From Candidatus Methylomirabilis sp. (lineage in GTDB: Bacteria > Methylomirabilota > Methylomirabilia > Methylomirabilales > Methylomirabilaceae): a DNA stretch of 32,000 nucleotides. The stretch spans positions 28,337-60,336 of the forward strand of contig NZ_JAQUOY010000011.1 of NCBI RefSeq assembly GCF_028716865.1, given 5' to 3'. Made by a program: the position numbers and the translations under genes. Below, piece by piece: positions 1 to 7,220 of this stretch; the stretch's first letter is position 1; the number at the start of each line of letters is the position of its first letter. The notes under the pieces are model-generated. The model made no database searches. It saw only the letters and a program-made list of their open reading frames with translations, and had not been told where the DNA came from.

Positions 1-30
1 TGATAGTAAGTACCTTAGGTTCTTGCATAC

Positions 31-1671
31 TCATACCTTTAAACCAAAATCCTCGTATATGTCAGTGAGATTTGGATTATAATATTTATCTTTTAAACCC
101 TCTTCCATCCACTGGTCTAAAAATGCATTCGTTTCCTCATCGTAATTCAGCCTGTCTTTATCAATCCTCAGACACATATACGGAACGCACGTTATCCTCT
201 CTCCGGACTTTATAATCATTTTAAAAAAATTCATAACTGAATAAAAATAACCTTTGCCGCTACAGAAAAAATTCCTTTCCTGTAATACAGAGCCTTTACA
301 TCCCCAGAATGACGGAAAAACAAGAGACACATTTCTCGGTATCATTGTTACTCCACCATAGCCCTTCTCATCACGAGGACTACCTCTATATGAAAATAAT
401 AACCTACCTGATGTTGCTATTGAAAGGCCTACATTGAATATTTTATTTTCTGAGTCTATAAATTTGCAACCAACCGCACTCACGCCATCCATAGATAGAT
501 AACCCATTGTGTCAATTAATCCATCTGAGACAACCTCGATAATATTGTCATCACAAAAGTATACATATCCATCGCGATGAATATTTTTCAACGCTCTATT
601 AATATTTTCAATATCGTAATCAGTAGATATAAATTCAACGTCAAATGAGCGCACGACATCTTCAAAAAGATTCCTTAATCTATCTGTCTCTTCCAAACAC
701 CTGCCTATCAGAATCAAAAAGATTTTTTTACCTGATTTAATACTGTCATCCCATGTAATTTTATAATGTCCTCTCCATAAAGTTTCATCTTCAGTGACTC
801 CTTTTACCGGCAGATTTCTCCTTCTTACTGTATCAGCTATTGCCTTTATTCCTGACTCGAAAATGTATGATTTCATATTAGGACTACTGGCAATACTGGA
901 CTGGGACTGTCGCCAACTGTAAAGGATCAGTGGATGATGATAAATCTTATCGGTTTGTTCCGTAATTCTCAAGGTTAAGTCATAATCCTGAGAGCCTTCA
1001 TAACCCTTTCTAAAGCCACCGACATCTAGCACAAGACCTTTTTTATATATTTCAAAATGAGAGGTATAATTAAAAGATAGTAGGTATTCAGGAGACCAAT
1101 CGGGTTTAAAAAAATGCATATATCTTCCGCCACTGGATGAAATCATATCCCTATCACTGTAAAAAAAATCCACCTCTCGCCGCTGAAGAATATCGATAAA
1201 AGAATAAAGTGCGTCTGGATACAATTCATCGTCCTGATCCATCAACGCTACATACTCCCCAGTCGTCATTTCGAGGGCATATTGAGAGGTCTCAGCTATT
1301 CCAGTATTTTTATTTTTTATCTTTATCTTTATTCTGTGATCAGAAAGTTTGGATAAAACTTTTAAATAACTTAAATTTTCAGAGTAATCATCGACTATAC
1401 ATAATTCCCAGTACGGGTAGGCCTGCCACAATACGGAATCTATAGCCTGCCTGAGCTCGTAGGGATCGGGATTGTATATGGGCATGATGATTGATACTTT
1501 AGGCTTAAATTTAAAGTTGTTGGCTCTTTTATTCAATTCTTGAAGTTTATAGAGTGAAAAATTACGATTTCTGAATAACCACAATTCATACTCACGCCAC
1601 GCAGAAATAGTAAAACGCTTAAGAAAGATTTCATCTTCCATATAATGAAAGGGAGAACCTTGAGGTACCAT
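31..1671 (-). CDS. Two-domain family-2 glycosyltransferase (GT-A fold)
   Basis: Track ORF 31..1674. Its first codon is TTG and an ATG follows at 1671. GT2 signature VSIIMPIYNP...LCIVDDYS and acidic motif ALMDQDDE. A second Rossmann-like C-terminal half is present (KIFLILIG...YFCDDN). Codon usage is AT-rich, like the rest of the island. Confidence 0.85.
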   Translation of the reverse strand: MVPQGSPFHYMEDEIFLKRFTISAWREYELWLFRNRNFSLYKLQELNKRANNFKFKPKVSIIMPIYNPDPYELRQAIDSVLWQAYPYWELCIVDDYSENLSYLKVLSKLSDHRIKIKIKNKNTGIAETSQYALEMTTGEYVALMDQDDELYPDALYSFIDILQRREVDFFYSDRDMISSSGGRYMHFFKPDWSPEYLLSFNYTSHFEIYKKGLVLDVGGFRKGYEGSQDYDLTLRITEQTDKIYHHPLILYSWRQSQSSIASSPNMKSYIFESGIKAIADTVRRRNLPVKGVTEDETLWRGHYKITWDDSIKSGKKIFLILIGRCLEETDRLRNLFEDVVRSFDVEFISTDYDIENINRALKNIHRDGYVYFCDDNIIEVVSDGLIDTMGYLSMDGVSAVGCKFIDSENKIFNVGLSIATSGRLLFSYRGSPRDEKGYGGVTMIPRNVSLVFPSFWGCKGSVLQERNFFCSGKGYFYSVMNFFKMIIKSGERITCVPYMCLRIDKDRLNYDEETNAFLDQWMEEGLKDKYYNPNLTDIYEDFGLKV

Positions 1672-1679
1672 CAAACGGT

Positions 1680-2015
1680 ATGCAAGCAGAAGAAAGGCAG
1701 TGGATCCGAAAGTGCAGACTCGAGACGACCGCCCAGGTCTTGGACCGAGGCTGGGACCGGATGCTCACCTTTTACTAATTTCCCAAAGCACACTGGGTCC
1801 ACCTGCGGACGAGTAACCCGATCGAGTCGCCCTTCGCCACTCTCAGGCTGCGGACGGATGCGGCGACACGGTTCAAGCGAGTGAAATACGCGACTGCGGT
1901 CATCTGGAAGATGCTGTTCATCGCCAAGCAGCGGTTCCGACGACTGAACGGCCCAGAGTTGCTGAGGGAGGTCTACCACGACGCACAATGCGTCACCGGC
2001 GTGCGAGTCGGGGAT
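1680..2015 (+). pseudogene. IS256/Mutator-family transposase, C-terminal remnant with an in-frame stop
   Basis: My own translation of the + frame in phase with 1680 gives ...GWDRMLTFY*FPKAHWVHLRTSNPIESPFATLRLRTDAATRFKRVKYATAVIWKMLFIAKQRFRRLNGPELLREV.... This matches the conserved C-terminal block of Mutator-type (IS256 family) transposases (FPxEHW.HLRTTNPIESTFATVRLR ... RW.RLNG). A TAA at 1776-1778 interrupts the frame. The N-terminal roughly 300 aa, including the catalytic region, are absent. The patch is GC-rich inside an AT-rich island. Confidence 0.7.
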
Positions 2016-2034
2016 AATTTCTATTTTAGGGATT

Positions 2035-3429
2035 CTACTTAGCATAATTTGAATTTGCGATAGTTGGAAATAGGTATGTGATTTCTGGAATCCCCAGTAC
2101 AATATTATTTACCCATTCCACTCCCTGTAACAAAGAATGATCCTGATTCCCTACTTCATATTTCCACCCCCCAAAACGCCCCCTTGAATATACCCCAAGA
2201 TTGTCTAAGGTAGGAATTAAGGCATTGATTATTGCATCCCTCTTTAAGGAGGGTACAGGATAGCCATAATCTGCCGTGTGTGTCCAGATAGAAACAATAT
2301 CTGACCTTGATTCGATCAATTTCGTATTTAACAAACCATTTATTGTCTCTTCGATCAGAGTAGATCTCTCAACTGGCTTCCTGGGTGATTCGCTGGTCTC
2401 CGTCATAAGTGACCAGTATTGGTTAATATCAGGTACGTTGTTTGGACTATAATTTGAAAAGACCGTTACCCTATAAAAGGGGCAATTAGATTCAGGAAAA
2501 TACATCCAGCATTTTGTAGAGAGCGTATCCTTTGGTTCACCCCTCAAACCTATCCCGACTATGTGAGAAGTGGAATGCATTAAATCTCCGGCGATTTCTC
2601 TTAATCCCTCTGGCACTCCAGCGACAATCGAGGTTAGGATATCTAACGGCATTGTTGATAACAAATATTGATACTCAATAACATCACCGTTAGAAAGCTC
2701 TACCCTTTTTTCTCTGGGTTTAATTCTTATAACAGTTGAATTTAATCTTACGTGCTTTAAGCCTATCAAATTTGCAACAGCATGCCAGATCGCCCCTGTG
2801 CCACCTTCTTTTGGGAATCTAAAGGTGTTATTCGGTCCCCAGCTATGATCGTCCTTTTCAAAAAGAATGCTCTCCAACACCTTTTCAATATCAGTTAAAT
2901 TGACCCGTTCTCCTATCCACTGATACGCCATCTCCTGTGGCGGATATGCCCAAACCTTGTAGTTGTAAGGGATCATAAATTTTTCAGCAATACCCTGACC
3001 AAATCGCGCCTCTATCCATTCCATAAAATTATTTCTTTTTGTATGATTTGTATTTTGAATAGTCGTTATAAGACCTTTAAGACAATGCCACATCGACTCT
3101 TTTGGTAAGTAACGTATATTGTTCTGAAATGGATAAGGTACGAAACGATCTTCTATCCATATCCATGATTCTCTGTGATGGTGTAACCAGCCATCCTTTC
3201 CCAGCGCATTATGCATCAATTCATCGAAGTATTTATAATGTGAAAATAGGACATGTCCTCCTATGTCCCATGTAAAACCACGATCGTCTACAAAACTTGT
3301 GGATAGACCTCCTATTAGGCCAGACTTTTCCAGGACCACAAAATCATCTTCTCCCAATTCCTTCAGGCGATACGCCGCCCCCAGACCTGTGGGACCTGAT
3401 CCAATAATCACATATTTAATGTATTCCAT
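2035..3429 (-). CDS. glf: UDP-galactopyranose mutase, eukaryotic (fungal/kinetoplastid) type flavoenzyme
   Basis: Track ORF 2035..3435. The first two codons are GTG and an ATG lies at 3429. FAD dinucleotide motif VIIGSGPTGLGAA. Block-by-block resemblance, recalled from memory, to fungal UGM: GGHVLFSHYKYFDELM, VPYPFQNNIRYLPKE, PYNYKVWAYPP, WGPNNTFRFPKEGGTG, KCWMYFPESNCPFYRVTVFSNYSPNN, YGYPVPSL, SRGRFGGWKYEVGNQDHS. It is about 465 aa long, versus about 370-400 aa for classical bacterial Glf, and it lacks the classical bacterial Glf motifs. Confidence 0.85.
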   Translation of the reverse strand: MEYIKYVIIGSGPTGLGAAYRLKELGEDDFVVLEKSGLIGGLSTSFVDDRGFTWDIGGHVLFSHYKYFDELMHNALGKDGWLHHHRESWIWIEDRFVPYPFQNNIRYLPKESMWHCLKGLITTIQNTNHTKRNNFMEWIEARFGQGIAEKFMIPYNYKVWAYPPQEMAYQWIGERVNLTDIEKVLESILFEKDDHSWGPNNTFRFPKEGGTGAIWHAVANLIGLKHVRLNSTVIRIKPREKRVELSNGDVIEYQYLLSTMPLDILTSIVAGVPEGLREIAGDLMHSTSHIVGIGLRGEPKDTLSTKCWMYFPESNCPFYRVTVFSNYSPNNVPDINQYWSLMTETSESPRKPVERSTLIEETINGLLNTKLIESRSDIVSIWTHTADYGYPVPSLKRDAIINALIPTLDNLGVYSRGRFGGWKYEVGNQDHSLLQGVEWVNNIVLGIPEITYLFPTIANSNYAK

Positions 3430-3570
3430 CACCACTGTCCGGTTGTTGGGTCATTCCATTGCTATAACTGCTGACACTGCGACAAGTAACGGTCCTTAGG
3501 GTTTTTCGCCGGTTTGCTCAGGCGACTACCGGCAATGACGCACACCTAGAAGCTGTAGGGAGGCGAGAAA

Positions 3571-4638
3571 CTACCGTTTCGTATCAAAGCCGGGTTCACT
3601 GTATAAAATCTTTCCTGCCCTTGAATTATCAAACCTGCTTATGAGACCATCGAAATACGCACACGTAATAAGCTTGATTCTCCTGTATTTATAATCATCT
3701 AATAGCAATATACCAACCGAATACCTGATATAAGATTTAAGGAGGCCAAAATAAAAGCGCCATCTTCTAATCGTATTTGTTTTCCCGAGCCAGATCAGAT
3801 TTCTATGAAAATAAAAAAGTACCCAGAGCCTGTCATATGGGATTCTCGGAGATCTTCGCCATAAAAAATTTTTGTTTATTCTCGAACTGTTAGTCTGTTC
3901 TTCGTGAATAACAATACTGTTGGTTATTAGCAATACCTTGCCAACTTTTTTCAGTCTCATAAAATATTCTAAATCGTCGTGCTGGGAGAAAAATTCTTTT
4001 TTTGGGAAACCAATCCCGTTTATGGCGCGCCTATGTATTAAGACCCCTACAAAAGAAGCAAAGTCTATCTCTATCGAATTCTGTTTAGAATATGCATCTA
4101 TCGATAACGGTTCCTGAATCAAAGGGAAAACATTCTTAAAATTAAAATACCCCCGATGCATTAGCTGAATTTCACCATTATCGCCCTTAACCACACAAGC
4201 CAATGCATACACATTTTCCTCGGTACAATAATCACACAATTTTTTCAATGCGTCTTCTTCGGGCGCAGCATCATCATCCATGAGCCATAGCCAATCATAC
4301 CCCATTCTGTAAGCTCTTTTAACCCCCTCATGAAAGCCTCCTGCTCCTCCTGTATTCTTCTTCATTCTAATGTAATAGAATTTAGTCTTACCCTGGTTAA
4401 ATGCATTTTCTACTATCGATTCTTTTTCAAAGTCATCACTACATATTTCAATAGGAAAATTCTTCATATAACCGTTCTTGGTTAACATTTCCGGTGTCCC
4501 ATCTGAAGATGCATTGTCAATCAAAAAGATGGCATCTAATGTTCTTGACTGTTTCATTAAAGATTCCAGACACCGAGATAGAAGCAACCTTCTATTGTAC
4601 GTAACTATCACGGCACAAAAAGTCGTTTGGCAATTCAT
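3571..4638 (-). CDS. Family-2 glycosyltransferase, candidate galactofuranosyl- or rhamnosyl-transferase type
   Basis: ATG at 4638. Motifs FCAVIVTYNRR...LIDNASSDGT and WLWLMDDDAAPEE (DxD) are typical of the GlfT/WbbL-like GT2 subgroup. It lies directly upstream of the UGM on the same strand. Sugar specificity is inferred from that adjacency only. Confidence 0.8.
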   Translation of the reverse strand: MNCQTTFCAVIVTYNRRLLLSRCLESLMKQSRTLDAIFLIDNASSDGTPEMLTKNGYMKNFPIEICSDDFEKESIVENAFNQGKTKFYYIRMKKNTGGAGGFHEGVKRAYRMGYDWLWLMDDDAAPEEDALKKLCDYCTEENVYALACVVKGDNGEIQLMHRGYFNFKNVFPLIQEPLSIDAYSKQNSIEIDFASFVGVLIHRRAINGIGFPKKEFFSQHDDLEYFMRLKKVGKVLLITNSIVIHEEQTNSSRINKNFLWRRSPRIPYDRLWVLFYFHRNLIWLGKTNTIRRWRFYFGLLKSYIRYSVGILLLDDYKYRRIKLITCAYFDGLISRFDNSRAGKILYSEPGFDTKR

Positions 4639-4656
4639 TTACATTGCCCAAGAGGA

Positions 4657-4872
4657 TTACTTATTAACCGTCTCATCATAGACTGCACCCTGCGGCATAC
4701 CGTGCGGTAGCGTCATTGAAGTAACATACTGTCCCCCTGAGGTCTTGTCAAGAGATGCGCAACGACCCACTATACAAGATAGACATTGCCGTGATGTCAG
4801 CATGGGCTGATCACCATCGATTGACAGCCCCGTGACCAGCATGACCTTCAGGCGTGCGAGGTTGATCGTCAT
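4657..4872 (-). CDS. Small ORF (71 aa) at the island junction; possible 5' fragment of a truncated gene
   Basis: The ATG at 4872 overlaps the GT4 stop codon by 1 nt (TGATG), the same junction architecture as wzm/wzt. The ORF reads MTINLARLKVMLVTGLSIDG...CLSCIVGRC.... It terminates within about 20 nt of the switch from GC-rich to AT-rich sequence. I recognised no family. Confidence 0.25.
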   Translation of the reverse strand: MTINLARLKVMLVTGLSIDGDQPMLTSRQCLSCIVGRCASLDKTSGGQYVTSMTLPHGMPQGAVYDETVNK

Positions 4873-6443
4873 CAATCCGCGCCGAGCAGGGCGCGGATGG
4901 GATGGCGTAACCATCGGATCGGTGTCGTGAGCTTCCAGAACGTGGATGAAAGGATAGCGTCCAGCGTTTCGCGATAACGACGGGCTTCTGCATCAAGTTC
5001 ACTGGCCCCCTTTTCCAGCTCCGATACACGCAGAAGCTGCTCCCGCAACGCAGCGTCCCGTTCCTGGACAAGGGCCGTCGCCGCGGTTTCGGTCTGCATA
5101 AGGCGCGACTCCAGATTCGCAAGAGCCTCCTCGCGCTCCCGGACCTGCTGCTGGGCGTGGACGAGTAACTTCAGATAGGGTGCGGACGTCTCTACCTTCG
5201 GCCGGCTGGTCTGAGTGGCATCCTCATAGATCTTCTCCAACATGGCGACATGGGCCTTCATTGACAAGAGTGTCTCGATCCGGATGCCCAGGCGCATCGC
5301 CTCCAGCACCTCCGGCGCGTCTAGGATCTCCTGGAGGCGCCGGGCCAGATCCTCTGCATCCTCAGCCCGAAAGGTCAGGCCGGCCTTCCCAATCCGCTCC
5401 GAAAGAGCGCCGCGGTCCGAGGCGAGGACCGGCAGCCCCAACCGCATCGCCTCGTCAATGGTAAACGAATAGGATTCACTGGTAATGGAAGGGAAGACAG
5501 CAAGATCAAGATCAAACGCCTGCAGGTCGGCCGGCTGATAGGCGCCATGGAATTGCACCGAGAGGCCGCGCGCAAGATCGTGAAGTCGTTCCCCATATGC
5601 CTGGTCTAAGGCTGTTCCGATCAGATGGACCTGCACTGCCGATGGATCGTCCAGACGATGCAGCGCCTCGAGGAGCAGGTGCGTACCTTTATGGTACAGG
5701 AAATAACCCCAATGCCCGATCTGAAGCGGTCGATCTGGGAACACTGCTGCCCCCTTCCGCCTCTCCTGCGCTATGATGGTCTGGGCACTCCCATGCGGGA
5801 GAACAATCAAGCGGTTCTCCGAAAGCTCAAGCAGCTCAAGCAGCAATGAACGGTGAGCTTCTGACGGTACGATGAGGGCTGAGGCCAGCGCAAGTTCCTC
5901 CCCTATCATCTGTTGACGTAATGTCAGTGCAGCAGCGACCTCCCGATCCGTCTGCCATTGAGTTCGCTCGACACAGTGCAGACACGGTGCGGTCAAGAGG
6001 GGCTCGCTGCAAAACGACCCCTCTCGGTGGATCCGATGGATTCGTGGGCAGGAGGTCCAGACATCGTGCAGCGTCACCACCACAGGAATACTTAGGTCCG
6101 CACAGATCGCCACTAGGTTATTGGTCAGTCGGTGCCAGTGATGCACATGGACGATATCCGGCCGACACGAAGTCAGGGTGCTCCGCAATACTTGCTCCAC
6201 CTCCGGATCGTATCCGTCTATCCATCCATAGTCTCGTCCTTCCGCGCGGTAATACCGCGTCACATCGTGGCCGTCCTGCTCTGTCGTGACGGTCGTCGCC
6301 TTCGCAGCCGGCTGTCCCGTTCCGGCGAATACCGCCACTGTATGACCGCGAGCTCGCAACTGCGCACAGACAGCCTCGCAGTAGCGCTCCGTACCTGCAT
6401 TCGACTCAGATGGAAAACCGTGAACGATCTGAAGGATTCTCAT
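4872..6443 (-). CDS. GT4 (group 1) glycosyltransferase with a roughly 110-aa C-terminal coiled-coil tail
   Basis: ATG at 6443. N-terminus MRILQIVHGFPSESNAGTERY is typical of GT-B/GT4 enzymes. EX7E motif SESYSFTIDEA. The C-terminal part (from about aa 410) is heptad-like and rich in E/A/L/R/Q, ending in SSTFWKLTTPIRWLRHPI. Confidence 0.85.
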   Translation of the reverse strand: MRILQIVHGFPSESNAGTERYCEAVCAQLRARGHTVAVFAGTGQPAAKATTVTTEQDGHDVTRYYRAEGRDYGWIDGYDPEVEQVLRSTLTSCRPDIVHVHHWHRLTNNLVAICADLSIPVVVTLHDVWTSCPRIHRIHREGSFCSEPLLTAPCLHCVERTQWQTDREVAAALTLRQQMIGEELALASALIVPSEAHRSLLLELLELSENRLIVLPHGSAQTIIAQERRKGAAVFPDRPLQIGHWGYFLYHKGTHLLLEALHRLDDPSAVQVHLIGTALDQAYGERLHDLARGLSVQFHGAYQPADLQAFDLDLAVFPSITSESYSFTIDEAMRLGLPVLASDRGALSERIGKAGLTFRAEDAEDLARRLQEILDAPEVLEAMRLGIRIETLLSMKAHVAMLEKIYEDATQTSRPKVETSAPYLKLLVHAQQQVREREEALANLESRLMQTETAATALVQERDAALREQLLRVSELEKGASELDAEARRYRETLDAILSSTFWKLTTPIRWLRHPIRALLGAD

Positions 6444-6449
6444 AGCCCG

Positions 6450-7121
6450 TTACCGCGCCTCAAACGCCTCTACGTAACGGGCTGATGGCAGATGGATCGT
6501 CCGATAGGCATTCAAGCCCGTCACCATTCGAAGATAGTCGTTATACCGAAGCTGGCTCTGGTATTGGCTAATCGCCTCGCATTTCAGGTCCCAGACCGGC
6601 GTGATGTCGAGGATATGCGACGGGTGGACTGTAGCCCAGATCTCGTAACACCAGTCTCGTACGGGAATGATGTATCGTCGAAGCGCCTCTTCAACGGCCA
6701 CCCCAAGGGCCCAATGATCCGGGTGGATCTCGTTGATTGATGGCCGATAGAGGATATCCGGTCGTTCAATCGTGAGTAACGCCCCGATTCGCTCCACCAA
6801 CTCAGGAGTGGGGGCGAGCTTGCCGTCCGGGTAGTCCCAATGCTCCAGGTCGCTTACCCCGAGGATGGCGCCCGCTCGCCTGCTCTCCTCACGACGCAAT
6901 ACGGGGTAGTCGCGCCCCACATAGTATCCCTTCGGGTCTCCAGCCGCTCCGTCGGTCACGATAACGACCTTGACCCGATCACTCTGGCAGCGGTGAAGCG
7001 CAATCGCGCCACCACACCCCAGGCTCTCATCATCGGCGTGGGGGGCCAGGACCAGGGCACGCCCAACCGGTGGGGCCAATAGTACCGCAGGCGGCGTCGG
7101 CGGCATCATTGCCCCTGGCAT
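6450..7121 (-). CDS. PIG-L/LmbE-family N-acetylglucosaminyl deacetylase
   Basis: Zinc-site motifs LVLAPHADDESLGCGG and IHPDH, plus VIVTDGAAGD. Only 6 nt separate it from the downstream GT4 start. Confidence 0.85.
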   Translation of the reverse strand: MPGAMMPPTPPAVLLAPPVGRALVLAPHADDESLGCGGAIALHRCQSDRVKVVIVTDGAAGDPKGYYVGRDYPVLRREESRRAGAILGVSDLEHWDYPDGKLAPTPELVERIGALLTIERPDILYRPSINEIHPDHWALGVAVEEALRRYIIPVRDWCYEIWATVHPSHILDITPVWDLKCEAISQYQSQLRYNDYLRMVTGLNAYRTIHLPSARYVEAFEAR

Positions 7122-7220
7122 GTCATTGCCTTAGAACGGTTAGGATGGACGGTGGCTTGCGAGATTCAGCAGGGCAGACCGTCGTCCATCCCATGACCAT
7201 ATGCTTCGCACCGTATTCAT

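Noticed and set aside
1645-2102. Track ORFs 1645..1884 (+) and 1671..2102 (-)
   Set aside because: Both are frame or strand artefacts over the transposase relic. The meaningful reading is the + frame in phase with 1680, which reproduces the Mutator-family C-terminal motifs.
7143-7191. 13-bp imperfect inverted repeat (GGATGGACGGTGG / CCGTCGTCCATCC) between the GNAT and PIG-L genes
   Set aside because: The two mismatches become A-C and C-A clashes in the minus-strand (sense) transcript. They form G-U pairs only on the non-transcribed orientation. There is no U-tract, so this is not convincing as a terminator or attenuator.
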